DNA of 64,000 bases from the NCBI GenBank assembly GCA_951406725.2, contig OX597818.1:64914001-64978000 (forward strand). Direction: 5' to 3'. The notes under the pieces were generated by a model, which ran no database searches, was not told the origin of the DNA, and worked only from the letters and a program-made list of their open reading frames with translations. Within the stretch, counting starts at the first letter, position 1; each line of letters begins with the position of its first letter. Both the position numbers and the translations under genes were made by a program. The DNA is from Octopus vulgaris (Eukaryota). Shown here in pieces: positions 37,844 through 51,512 of the stretch.

Positions 37844-39016
37844 TCTCTTATTATAAAAGGCAGATTTTATCGGCCTCCCTTTGTCAGTTATAGAAATCTA
37901 CAATATAGGATTTCTTCAATTACAATTTACCTAGCATTTTTAAGAGTAGAATGCATCGGGTTTTGCCAGGTCCAGTTTTTAAAATTTAAACTCCAATTAA
38001 GCAAAATTTACAGAAAACTCACATTCTGGTGTGTATGTCAAGTGCTTTTCTTAGTCTGGTTTACAGCACACGCAAACGCACACACACAGTGTGCAACGAA
38101 TAAAGTGAAACTAGATGTAATATTTGTTTCTGTCTATCACGCTGATAGATACATGAGTAAAATGTATGGCAAGCTAACAGATAAGAGTGACTGAAAATGT
38201 TCTTGGAAGAGAGTAAATAGCGACAGAGTGATTTGAGGAAGACTAAACTGAAAGTATGAAACAGTGTTTATGTATAAACAGACGACACTTATATAAACCC
38301 TTTCGTTACCAAACCGCCCGAATTTACCTATTCATATTTAAATAAGAATATCAGAGTAAATCTCTTTAGTACATTCGTGAAAACACGTATTATACTTCGT
38401 AAACACTTCAAATACAGTTTTGTACAAAAATCGAAGTGTAATTTTAATTCCGTGAATTATGGGAGATTTTTTTCCGAAATTTGTTCCTATTGTGTTTTCA
38501 AAATTTGTAATTCTGACAAAAAATGGATACGAATTTCATTATATCAAGCAGCGAGTCAGAATTCGAAGGACTTTCTACTGAAGACCTTCATAAATCTAAC
38601 TCTATGACTGAAAAAAAAGCATATTTATATAAGAGTGAAGTTGTTTGTCTGTCTCCTACGATTTAGATTCGTAACTACTCCCACATTTTGCGGTGCAGTT
38701 TAACCAAAAGCGGGTATCTTATAGTCGTGATTCATATCGAGACCTTCTGGGTATTAGCGCGCGTCTACGATGAGTCTACGATTAAAAAAAATTTACCATC
38801 ATATTTTTCCATTTTAATGCATTTTTTTCGCTTTTATATAAGGGAAGTAACTCTCTAAAAATATCTACGATGTGTCAACGATTTAAAAAAGAAATTTACC
38901 TTAATTTTTTTTCAATTTTTAATGCATTTTTTGCTACTTTTTGGCTATAACTGTCTAAAAATGCTTATATAGTTATTTCCCTTACAAACCCGAGCAACGC
39001 CGGGCGATACTGCTAG
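37844..39016 (+). mobile_element. Composite non-autonomous Helitron
   Basis: Starts a|TCtcttattataaaaggcag and ends cccgagcaacgccgggcgatactgCTAG|t. A second 5'-like head at about 38621 is followed by the body shared with the 17761 and 53160 copies. Confidence 0.75.
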
Positions 39017-39289
39017 TTATATATATTTTAAACATTAATTTTCTTTTTATAGTTTACATTCACTAAATATATATTTTCCTAGTACATAAGGTTTTATTTA
39101 ATATACATATAGTCATATACTCCCCATTTATTTAGATTTTGTTTAATTTATCCCTCCTCTTTCTATAGAGTACCTCAGACGTTATATCATATAACGTTTA
39201 TTCAAACAATATTAATAGCGTTCTGTTAATCATTATACATATCCATCATTTTCTGTTAAAATGTCTTATTGACGACTTTCATATCTTCT

Positions 39290-39376
39290 CTTCCCTGAAA
39301 AGAAAGTGACAATGTTTTACACTATGTTATTCCTTTGGAATAATATCAGAGATATCTTCGAAACATGTGTCGGAAG
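39290..39376 (+). ncRNA. Degenerate type I hammerhead-like motif
   Basis: CUUCC CUGAAAA GAA...UUC GAAA C-AUGU-GUC GGAAG. Stem I is a perfect 5 bp, the core has G8A, and (TA)n is adjacent. Confidence 0.6.
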
Positions 39377-39403
39377 TAAAGGAATTTGAACTACACCTGC
39401 GTT

Positions 39404-39485
<82 letters not shown>

Positions 39486-39520
39486 CTATATCTATATAAT
39501 TATATCTACATATATATAGT

Positions 39521-39571
<51 letters not shown>

Positions 39572-39580
39572 GTGTGTATG

Positions 39581-39612
<32 letters not shown>

Positions 39613-40299
39613 TGTGTGTATGTATATGTATGTATGTATGTGTGTACGTACGTATATGTATGTGCATATATAACTTTACGTATGTGCTGGAAGGTAGATA
39701 TATGATTAACATAGCTATTGTGGAAGTTGATTTCGCATAAACCGATGTAACAATTCTTTTCGGTTATGCTATCATGACGCGTTGGAGTAAATTCTGCCCC
39801 ATAAATGGTGGATGTTTTCATGAAGCCCTCGTCGAATATTCAGGTTCCTGGGTCTCGACTGTTACAACTACGGGTATAACTTTAGTGGTGTTAGCGTGCA
39901 AGGATGCAAACCGCTTGAATGAACAAAGTATTGGAAATCCCTGCTTGAAAACCACGCTGTTAGAGATTTAGATTATCGGACGGTTCAAAAGAATTTTCCT
40001 TACACCTTTGGAGCACTGGCAAATGAAGAATCTACCGGAGGCTGTGACACATCAATAGTAACCAAGGTGTTTTTAAATGCTTGCATTGGCAATCCTGAAG
40101 ATGTAATGAAGGTTGTAGATTGGCTAGACACAAATCAGTTGCTAACAATAATGCTTTCCCTGTAATCATTCTCAAATCATTCATGCGTCCCCCGCAAAGC
40201 ACTGCACCTTTCAGAGTTTCCTTGGAATTGGTAAAATCCCAGACAAACTAAACTAAGGAGGAAGCAGAGTAGATGCGGAAAATCATTTTTTTATCTATC

Positions 40300-40855
40300 T
40301 GATATCACACATCAGCAAAGTCACTTAACGGAAAGACCACAGGAACATAATTGCGTTCCAGTTGCAGTGTTCTACCATGTCACAGCTGTCTAGCAGAGCT
40401 CTTACACCACTACGACTGGGTGTTGAAGCGGTCGCTGAACAACTTAAATATCGGAGGGATTTCTATACATCAGGAAAGTCATGTTTGTGTAACTTTTGCA
40501 TCGAAAGTTACACAAACAACAAAACGGAGGGAGCGCCAGAGCATAGTAGCAAAGATCTCAAGATCACCGTCGGCAGACGGGAATTGAAACTGCAACGGAG
40601 AGGGAGTCAAGGAACCACAACTTTTCAGTATCTTTCCAAAAGACTGGGTGATCTGCATGTTGTGAAGGTACGTGTCTTGAAAAAGGAAGTGCATCTCGTC
40701 CTATCACAAAATCCGGATCAAACTACATTACGGCAGAGAACGCAGATGAGAGCATGAGCATCTCATTCCACCATTCACTAAATGCCACATGAGAGGAGGT
40801 TTCGAAGAGTGAAGGTGTAGCGGTACCACAGCATGGACACTGCGCTCAAACTAAA
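40300..40855 (+). pseudogene. Highly decayed CR1-group LINE 3' end
   Basis: GVKEPQLFSIFP / KRLGDLHVVKVRVLKKEVHLVLSQNPDQ parallels GPALFNITP...FKKSLDRFLQEIPDKP. The tail cggtaccacagcatggacac resembles ggtgctccagcatggcc. Confidence 0.65.
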
Positions 40856-40885
40856 ATTAGTTAATGAGAGTAAAGAGGTGGACTG

Positions 40886-40964
<79 letters not shown>

Positions 40965-40971
40965 CACACAT

Positions 40972-41400
40972 TCATTTTTATTGCATCAGTCGTTCCAGTC
41001 ATTTGACTGTGGCCATGCTGCAGCAGCACATCAGTGATTTATTCCAAGACATTGGCCCCTGGACTTATTCTTTGTGAGCCTAGGGATTATTTGATTATTC
41101 TATCGGTTTCTTTGTCGAACGGCTAAGTTACATCAATATATATATGTGTGTGTGTGTGAGTGTATGTGTGCATTTGCGTTTGTCACATCTTCCCCGGCGT
41201 CCCTTGACAAGCGTTGCTAACGTGTTTATGTCCCCGAAACTTAGCGGTTCGGCAAACTGGCCAATTATATAAGTCCTGGGCTTAAAAAAGATAAGTCCTG
41301 GGATCGATTTCTTCGAATAACAGCTCTTTTATTCGGTGTTCCAGCATGGCCGCAGTCAAATGAGCAAAACAAGTGAAAATAATAAAAATAAAAAGAAAGA
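40972..41400. mobile_element. Two partial SINE family C copies in opposite orientation (40972-41135 minus; 41150-41400 plus)
   Basis: cagtcatttgactgtggccatgctg and ggtgttccagcatggccgcagtcaaatga; both contain the cttagcggttcg block. Confidence 0.75.
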
Positions 41401-41448
41401 ATAGACATCCTCGAGCGCGCGAATGATTTCCTACAGTTTCCGATTAAC

Positions 41449-42553
41449 AAATGAATATTGTATATTTCTCAATTTGAGCTTGATGATAAATTACTCTATT
41501 CATTTGGCCTGGAGCCATTAAAATTATACTAAATTAATGCATTTAGTAAAAACATTTCCTAACAAATGCAAAAGAATTCATTCGAATATTTATGGCTTTT
41601 TTCATCTTCCAGTAATATAGAGTTTTGGATGCAAATTATATTAATATGATCTAAGCAATACTCATTGTGATGTATGAAGTAGACATATATGATATATATG
41701 TCCTTTTTATAAATTCTTTGAACGGAATATGGTTGTAGTAGAAGATAGTCACCAAGCTGCCTACTCCCCAGTGTGACTAAATTCTGAAAAATTTGGCTTG
41801 GAATCAACTTTCTTACCACGTAGCCATATAAGCGCCTTCACACGTCTTTCAGTTTGCATTCAAATGTCAAGTCTCCACTAATGTAATTTCAGAAGATTCC
41901 TTCTCACTTCTTTCTCAGACATCTCATATTTATTCTTCTACATTTTGTTTTTACTTCTTGAATCGTAGTCGAATTTGTACTTTGACAATGCACTGCCACT
42001 TCCCATGTTTTAGTCTTCAATATACGGTAAGTTTTCATTCGGGGCTCATTTACCCGTTCATCAACTAACCCTGAAATATACAGCAACAATTGTGTATAGA
42101 TTTAACAAAAATTAAATATATAAGCTCATCTCCGCATGTATCTATATAAGGCGTCTGCACCTCTTTGTGTGTGCGCGTGAATATCTATGTATGTCTATAT
42201 TTATTTGATAGTGCGTCGCGTGTATGTACGAATTTCTACACATATGTTCATTTATATTCTCCAGCGTTTCCTGTATGAGTGATATACATTCAAATGTAAG
42301 TGAAACTATTAAATATATTATATATGTCTTCTTTATACATCACAATGAGTATTGCTTAGATCATATTAATATAATTTGCATTCAAAACTCTATATTACTG
42401 CAAGATGAAAAAAGTCATATATATTCGAATTAATTCTGTTGCATTTTTTAAGAAATGTTATGCATTAATTTAGTATAATTTTAATAGCTCCAGGCCAAAT
42501 GAATACAGTAATTTATCATCAAACTCAAATTGAGAGATATACAATATTCATTT
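41449..42553. mobile_element. Segment bounded by inverted repeats of about 250 bp (foldback/MITE-like or local inverted duplication)
   Basis: 41449-41698 is an approximate reverse complement of 42314-42553. This is also visible as near-identical peptides in ORFs 41559(-) and 42224(+). Confidence 0.7.
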
Positions 42554-42737
42554 AGATTAAATTTACATTATGCATCACTGATTTAAGTTTAGAAATCACA
42601 CGCAAACATCCACATAGGCATACACACGTGCGCGCAAGCATCTGCATGTGTGTGAGATTCGGATGATTTTTAGGCCTGTATTTCCGTTTCTTTCAACTCA
42701 GTAATACATATTCGTATCTGTTTCCACTTTGTGTTTA

Positions 42738-42834
<97 letters not shown>

Positions 42835-44020
42835 ATGTGTGTGTGTGTGTGTGTGTGCATATACATATATACTCATGAACAAATATGGTTATGTATCAGT
42901 ATATGTATGCTTCCAAATATTTATGTGTGTATCTGTCTGTGTGCATGCGTGTGTGTGTGTGTGTGTGTGTGTTTATCTCACACTTCTCGAAATTGTCGTT
43001 CGCAATAGATTGGCTTCTGATAGATGTCAGAATATAACAGAAAAAGACGCCATTTTCTTATAAATATTATGTATGTTATATTTATAAAATAATGCATCAC
43101 ATTATTTGATATGAAAAGGTTATCTCATTAATGATAACATAAACCGAAATTTCACATTAGTTAATATTCTCATGCATTTTAAATATGTTTCACTAATGTT
43201 TCGTATATGCAAATATGATTAAAGGTGGGAAAATATATATAAATTATATATCAAATTGATTTCCAATAGCATTAAACATCCATGTCTACACTGTATTATT
43301 AATTCCTTCAGTTATTTACCTATTTATTTATTCACTGCTGTGTTTTAAGACAGATAAGAAACATTTTATAATCTTCATAATTCGACTTCATTTACATAAA
43401 TATTGATTTATCTTATAAGTTCTAAATTTATTATTTCGCTTGTTAAGTACCAAATTATTGCTAGCTTTAGCAATGTAATATATCTTTCTCAATTCAGTGT
43501 AGTATGCGGCATAAAACAATTGCGTCGCTCTAATATTAAGTATAAATAACATTATGAAAACGGACGCAGAATCATTATGGGAATATAAATGCCAATTTTT
43601 CAAATATATTTTATATGTATTCGAATATAGTTTCTGCTTTCCGAATCTGGGAATTCAATGTACATCATAAAATTGAAATGTCGAAGTGTAGGTAATTTTA
43701 TATAACAAAATGTTATTTTATATTTAGAAACCGGATTTAAGCAAGTTCAAATGTGTTAAGTATTATTGTTTCAAAGTTATTTACAGGAGTTAAATTACTG
43801 CAAATATTAGGAGTAAAATTTAACGGAAATTTAATCACATGTTACATTTAAATTTAATAATACTAAATGTAGAATCTTCAATCATACTGAACAATTTATT
43901 ATCAATAAAAGCAGCAAACTATGGAAAAATATTTTCAGAATATTTTATATCTTGAGACAAAGCAACCATACCGAAATATAAAAGCAACAAAAACAAACGA
44001 CAAACGCTTACACACGCAAG

Positions 44021-44093
<73 letters not shown>

Positions 44094-44256
44094 GTGTGTG
44101 ATTGCCTTCGTGTATGTATGTTTGCGTATGTGTGTGTCTGTCTGTGTGACTGTGTGTATGTGTGTGCTTGGGTGTATTTATACCTGTAGGAATGTACGTA
44201 AGTTATTGTTCAGTTTATTTCAAGATTTCTTGCCAATAGAGAGACAGTAGATTTCT

Positions 44257-44490
44257 TATTTCTTTACTGCCTATAAGGGGCTAAACACAGAGGGAACAAA
44301 CAAGGACAAGCAAAGAGATTAAGTCGATTATATCGACCCCAGAACGTAACTAGTACTTATTTAATCGACTCCGAAAGGATGAAAGGCAAAGTCGACCTCG
44401 GTGGAATTTGAACTCAGAACGTAAATACAGACGAAATACCTCTAAGCATCTCACCCGACGTCCTGACGTTTCTGCCAGCTCTCCACCTTC
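44257..44490 (-). mobile_element. SINE family A
   Basis: Reverse complement of the family consensus. Diverged TSD acagtagatttct / acagtatgtttct. Confidence 0.85.
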
Positions 44491-44901
44491 TAACAGTATG
44501 TTTCTAACCTATATCCAAGGCTCTTTCGTTGCAATTGCACCATGTACAACATGGTATCTTTATTTCTGTATGTATGTATGTTGTTACGATCAGGTAAATT
44601 CTTATGTATAAAAGGGATGAACTTCTGAACGCAACAACAGAAATTGCACAATCAGTGAATTAATATTCAAAGATGAAATTATGTAACAAAAGGTATAATA
44701 CCCAAAGAAGTTCATGTCCAGTCATCGATTGTAGAAAAGTAGGTGGTAAACGGTATGAAGATCCGTATGAAGCTCACTCTCGTATTTTGTTCGATCTACG
44801 CAATGCCTTTGTTGTATTCTGAACTCTACCCCGTTCGATTTTCCTTTTCTCCTTTTAACAGGAAGTAAACGATATTACCTGTCTCGCTTCTTGCTCACTT
44901 C

Positions 44902-44955
<54 letters not shown>

Positions 44956-44978
44956 TTTCCTCTCTCTTCCTTCTTTAT

Positions 44979-45013
44979 GTTTCCGACGAAGAGCTCCGCT
45001 CGAAACGTCATAC
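44979..45013 (+). ncRNA. Minimal hammerhead-like motif related to the 16445 family
   Basis: GUUU CCGACGA A GAGC-UCC-GCUC GAAA C GUC AUAC. Confidence 0.6.
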
Positions 45014-45155
45014 CTTCCTGCTTCCATATTTCCTGAGCGCCTATTAATAATAATACTGTAATTGTTCCACTGTTGTTGTTTTTTTGTTTTCCCGTTTGGA
45101 TGAAAAAAAAAAATATATATATATATATATATACATATATATATGTATGTATATA

Positions 45156-45225
<70 letters not shown>

Positions 45226-45400
45226 TAATAAATATTAGAGAATAAATCCAGACTTACAGGGAAAAATCAGATTTAGGAGTGAATCCAATTTTATAGTTCT
45301 AGAAGGTACTGGAATATCCTTCAATGATGAATTCCAAAATAGCGGTTCTATCTTACCTGTAAATTCCATAATTAAACCTCGCCAAGATAAATATTTAAAC

Positions 45401-45464
45401 CACCTGATAAATGACTGCGACTCAAAAGTTTGAAGAAGTTAGCAGGCATGAAACGATCGTAGTG
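45401..45464 (+). ncRNA. Minimal hammerhead-like motif (G8A)
   Basis: CAC CUGAUAA AUGACUGC...GCAGGCAU GAAA C-GAUC-GUA GUG, with palindromic stem III ACGAUCGU. Confidence 0.6.
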
Positions 45465-45588
45465 TGATATTAATTAGATTTTTTAAATAATTTTGTTATA
45501 TATTTAAATAATAATATGAATTAATAATCTTATTATTGGTAAGTTTTTCATTGTTTGATTTGCCTAATAGTGGTTTTGTCTCAAATTT

Positions 45589-45631
<43 letters not shown>

Positions 45632-45723
45632 CAGGAATTTAGATTCAGATGAAAATAGTACTTAAGATAAAGACACTAGAATTTAGTTTGGTATTATCCA
45701 TATAAATCAAATGGGATTCCATA

Positions 45724-45812
45724 TGTGGCTGAAGATTGCCCTACATTTTTAAAACTAATGCAATGCTAACATTGTCTAATTAAATGAAGTAGCAAGAAAC
45801 GTTTGTACTACA
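45724..45812 (+). ncRNA. Type I hammerhead-like motif with an intact core
   Basis: UGUGG CUGAAGA UUGC...GCAA GAAA C-GUUU-GUA CUACA. Confidence 0.7.
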
Positions 45813-45835
45813 CGACATTTAGATATCCTTGTTGC

Positions 45836-45922
<87 letters not shown>

Positions 45923-46776
45923 TAGATACCTACGTCATTTCAACTCTGCCCAAATATCGCTATATATCTCTCATCACAAACGTTTAGCTGTCCTCATTCA
46001 GCCCAATGTTTGGTTTAGTTCAGATGAACGACAAAGTGTAAAATTACTTAAAGTTATTCGTCATCATGACTAAACATTTTAAGCTGAATGGGTAATTACT
46101 TTTGGGAAATAAATGGAAGCTGTTGGATGAAAACGACTGAGCATAACGGAAAAAAAGTCTCGAACCAATGAAGTGAGTTGAATTAAAATTAACTTGTGGG
46201 CGAGTTAAATCATACATACTTGCATAACTGGGTATAAACGTAGGAAAGAAAATCAGTCTTTACCAAATGTAAAATCTTGGAAGAGATCGAAATTAAAATT
46301 TAAACGCAATGACGATTGAAAATAACAAAATAAAATAAAAAGAAGCACAGACATACAAATATCACAGAAAATCAATAAGAACGTATAAATAGATTTACAA
46401 AGAGGTTCCAAAATGTTGCGTCTATGGAATAAAAAATGAGAGAAACGCCTGGAACTTAAATAAGCAAAAGGAAAAGTAGAATTGAAAAGAAAGTGAAAGG
46501 TAAATGTGAGTAAAAAAATGAGGATGTGATGTAACTTCATGCCATGTTTATATCAGGAAATGTTTATATCCTACATGTGTAAAGAGGAAATATTTATATT
46601 ACAGACGACGTAAGTAGTCAATAGGAAAATATGAAGTTCTCTCATTTTTCTTTATACAAACCTGGCATAGCAAAAAAATCACATCTATAGACGCAGAGTC
46701 TGTACATAAATACAAACTTATATGCGCATATAGATGTGTGTATCTACGTATATATATGTATGTAAATGATGATGAT

Positions 46777-46811
<35 letters not shown>

Positions 46812-46883
46812 CAACAACACCAGCAATAACAACAACAACTACAAAAATAATAATAATGAATAATAATATTAATAATAATAAGG

Positions 46884-46975
<92 letters not shown>

Positions 46976-46987
46976 TATAATTATAAT

Positions 46988-47177
46988 AAAACACCAGGAC
47001 TTACAAACACATATAACATACAGAAAATTGCACTAGTAGGCACTGCACACATCCTACGCAGAACACTTTCCATACAATAACCATCAGAGCATCACAACAA
47101 ATCACAGCACATACCCAAGGCACACAGAGCTGCGCTCGGTAATGAAGTCAAAGCACGCTATAAAAATAAAACTACTG
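46988..47177 (+). mobile_element. Severely 5'-truncated R4/Dong-like LINE 3' end within (AAT)n
   Basis: KTPGLTNTYNIQKIALVGTAHILRRTLSIQ* matches the R4/Dong C-terminal QK.ALLGTA.ILR motif. It has a short 3' UTR and TAA arrays on both sides. Confidence 0.8.
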
Positions 47178-47399
47178 AATAATAATAATAATAATAACAA
47201 TAATAATAATAGGGACCTTTTGAACGTGATGGGTTACTCGACCAGAACAAAATTCTAATGAGATCACCATGTGGCGCACATATGGTTGTGATGCATGTGC
47301 CTAGTGTACCCTTATCAGACGGGTAGTCATGATGGGTATACTGGGCTTCGTATATTTTACCCCAGTGTCACTTTGATGGCATGCACTGCCCTCTCACTC

Positions 47400-47628
<229 letters not shown>

Positions 47629-50600
47629 CATGTGAAAGAAGATGAAAAGTAAACAATTACGACGATTTAATATGTAGAAATACGAAGTTCATTGTCAATG
47701 AAGACAGTAGACGTGATACCCATAGCATTTGGTGCACTTGGAATTAGTACGATATTATAGTTACATGTGAGATTTGTGTAACATGTTGTCTAACCCAAGA
47801 GACTAATGTAATCTCTGCTTATACACGAACAGAAAAACAATCATTAATATGTATTTACGAATGGATGGTCGACGGATGTATGGATAGGTGGATGGTTTAT
47901 ATGATTACGTATTAACTGCGGGAAACACTGCACAGAAATTATATTCAGTGTATACGAATACTAAATGGCCCCTGTGATCACATTACCTTTAATAAAATTA
48001 CATATTGAAAAATGCACTGCATAGTTTGTCTAAGTGATATTGGACTGATTAAATGCATCGTGGCGTAAGGTATAAATTTCTAGGAATAAGGTACAATTCT
48101 ATAATTAAACTTGTCCTTTTAAATCTAAACTATAGTTCTTCCTTAAATCTGATGAAGGAGAAAATGATAAAATGAGTTAAGCTGTGTAGGTTTATAAGAG
48201 ATTGCATACCATGCCTTGGCCAGAATATATTATTCACTTGAAGATATCGCTGTGGTTAGTGAGTGGTTTTGATAGATTGATAAATTCTAGGTTTTATAAT
48301 AGTTAATTGAATTGGCAGGTTATTTGAGATGAGCAAATGCTACCTGTCTTGTGGGATATCAACAATAAATAACGATTGAATAGTGATGCATTCATTGCAA
48401 TTGTATGAGTCTTAAAGGAAAATTCCATTTGGATTCGGTAAATTGATAATATCAGTGATTAACTATTTTAGGGAGAGTTTGTTATGAAATTTTGCAAAAT
48501 TTGCTCATTTTTTTTATATGGTTTCCGGGTAACGTGTTCATAATCGAAGAAAATAAACACACAAAAAATATTTACGCGTGCTTTCTTTTAATTGAATATC
48601 CTCTTTTTCTCCCGAAATGTCATATATTCTAATGGGTATTGTGATGTGAAAACCTGCTGTCTAAAGAAATTTTTGTTAACAAAGATCTGTATTCATTTTG
48701 TATAATCAAAACAAAATCTCATTAAACAGAATAGAATGTTTGAAAACGATATCAATTTTAATGCAGATTACATTCGATAAAGTATGTGTAAAATAATTGA
48801 ACGCTTTTTATTTAAAAAAAAAAAGAATGATACATGAAATGCACGCTAAATATTAACAGAAATGCAGTTACGTCATACGAATCACCGGTTCAAAGGCACT
48901 TGTGACTTGGCCATTAGGAAAACTCTCGCCATTACCTACTTTCGGTTTCTTCATTCTTAGAAAACATTATTTGAGAAACAATAGTAAATTCAAATACAGT
49001 TTGAATGCCAACATTTAACAAATTCTTAGGAATGTACGCACAGAATCGCGCGCAATTCCTTTATATATTCTATGTAATCACTCCTCATAATCCAATATAA
49101 TATTTACGAGAATAGTTAAATGGTTGAAAACTTATTCAATTTTAAGGTGTAAATTTGTTTTTAAATCCCGAGATATGATGTTACACATAGTACGATATAA
49201 ATGCGAAGTAAATTCACAAATATATCCAAATGCTAAGAGGAAATGCAACAAGGCCCAGCCTGCATTTTACACTTGTTCAGTTCAACAGTACTAGTAATAA
49301 AACAAGCCTTCAAATTAATTTCAGAATACTCCGCGATTGTTAGTGTTGCAGTTTCTATCTTCATTTCTAAAGGAAAACCCTTATATAGATATTACAACCA
49401 TTCATGTTCCTTTTGAGATCTGTCCCGAAACGGCTTTTCCTCTCACATTCACTCCACAGAACAATTCTTGTGTATTTTTTTTTTATTTCTGTTATGAATC
49501 GCCATTTAAGATGCATACCGTCTGCATGTCTTTAGTAATTAGTTAAACACTCTACATCCGCTTTCGTGTGTCACAATAGTGAGGCAGTGGTCAACAGCCA
49601 CTTGTTTTTTTTATGTTATGGACCAAAAATTTCCAATGTTTTTTCCCCGAAATTCCCCATGCCATAGAACAGACAATATCAAGTGACCATTTCTTTGACG
49701 CATTATCAGTATTTGCTTTATCGTCTCGTATTCAGTATTGACAACAAAATAAGTCGCATAACGGCCAATAAACATGTGAACAATCAACTGTTAATTTCAG
49801 TGTTTCATGGAAATCGTTTGTGTAGATGCTGAAAAGTGTTTTCTACAATTCTGGATTTAAAAATGTCGGTAAACACTTCAGTTTTCTTTGGGCTTTTTTG
49901 ACTAAAACATAAACAATTTTCTTTTCAAGTATAGTGACTTTTTGCGTCTTATGTCACTTACAACCCTAATAACAATAATCGTATTAGATAGTCCTGTACC
50001 AGTCAAATCAAAATTGTCCTATATTGAAAGATGCTTGCGTTCTCTACTCAGAAAAAAAAAACGTTAGTGAGTGTGAGAGTTATTACTACAGCAAATGATA
50101 ATGGTTAACTTAGCTTTTGAAATTGTATAAGTGAGTGTATGGTAATTAATTTTACAATATCAATTATTTTCGGGTTCTGGTGGCTTGAATTTGAAATCAT
50201 TTTGGTTGTTTGCTTTTATTTGGTGGTTTTCTTTTCTCTTTGTGTTGAGTAGTACCGAAATAAGTTCCACTGTTTCTAGTCCCTATTTAACAATTAGAAA
50301 ACCAAGGCTTTTCAAGAGAGTATTTAATGAAAATTGTCTACTATGCTGCAGACTTGCTCCAAGGTCAGTAATTCAATTGAGTAAATGAGATCCTTCTAAG
50401 CAGGAGATATTCAGTCGGCCTCTAGATAATGGAGCGTTCGACGAATACGGAAATTGAAGTGGCTGGACTTTAGCAGAGTGCAGCACTTAACTAACCCGGC
50501 CTATAGGAAAGGACGCCATAGAAAGACGCAAAATATTTTGTCTTCATTTGTGATCATAATATATCTCTTATTGATCTAATAGCAAGTGTAACAGATTTCG

Positions 50601-51224
50601 GGAATTTATTTAATGCTCCATCTACAATACCGGCGATAATAGATGTCATGATAGTGTCAGAAATAAATTAAAGAAATGTGCTGACAGACGTTAAACTGGT
50701 TGTGCGATCAGGCATGGTAAAGGCTACGTTCGAATTTAGGGTTCAAATAATGCATCCCATAAATAACTTCTCACACACAACCGGCTTTCTTAAAGAGTTG
50801 ATGTTAGGCCCTTAATAGACACATAGTTTTTCCAAACATAGCAGTAAATGCACGATATAACAAGGCAGGCAAATTCTGTAAGTAGTATTCAATGTCTCAT
50901 TCACGAGAGGATAACATAAGAGAGACATAGAAAGAGAGAGAGAGAGAGAGGGGGGGTAGATCAGGAAGGCAAAAACGAAAAGCGTAGAAGTGTCATTTCT
51001 GGTGGGAAGTAAGACAGACAGTTAATACACACACTTACTCACACACTCACACATATTTACACCAACATAAACACAGACACAGCGGCACAAGGGCAAACAC
51101 AAACACGCATACTTATATTTATGTGTATGTGTGTATATACATATACATTCATGCGCATATACACATTTATGTGTGTGTATGTACACGCGTACAAACACAC
51201 ACATAGATATGTATAAATATATAT

Positions 51225-51430
51225 ATGCTTTCATTCTTTTAGTTGCTTCAGTGATTTGGCAGTGGCCATGATGGAGCACCACCTTTAGTCGAACAAATCA
51301 ATTCCAAAACTCAATGGTTGTAGGCGTAGTACTTAACCTATCGGGTACTTTTGCTGAACCACTAAGTTACGGAGATATAAACACACCAAAATCAGTTGTC
51401 GAGCTATGGTGGTAGGACAAACACAGACAC
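51225..51430 (-). mobile_element. 3' half of SINE family C
   Basis: gtggccatgatggagcaccacc and ttgctgaaccactaagttacgg. Confidence 0.75.
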
Positions 51431-51455
51431 ACATATCACACATATACATACATAA

Positions 51456-51501
<46 letters not shown>

Positions 51502-51512
51502 GCCTTATGCAA

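Noticed and set aside
50185-50388. ORF with a signal-peptide-like N-terminus
   Set aside because: It starts at TTG and its hydrophobicity follows from T-rich DNA.
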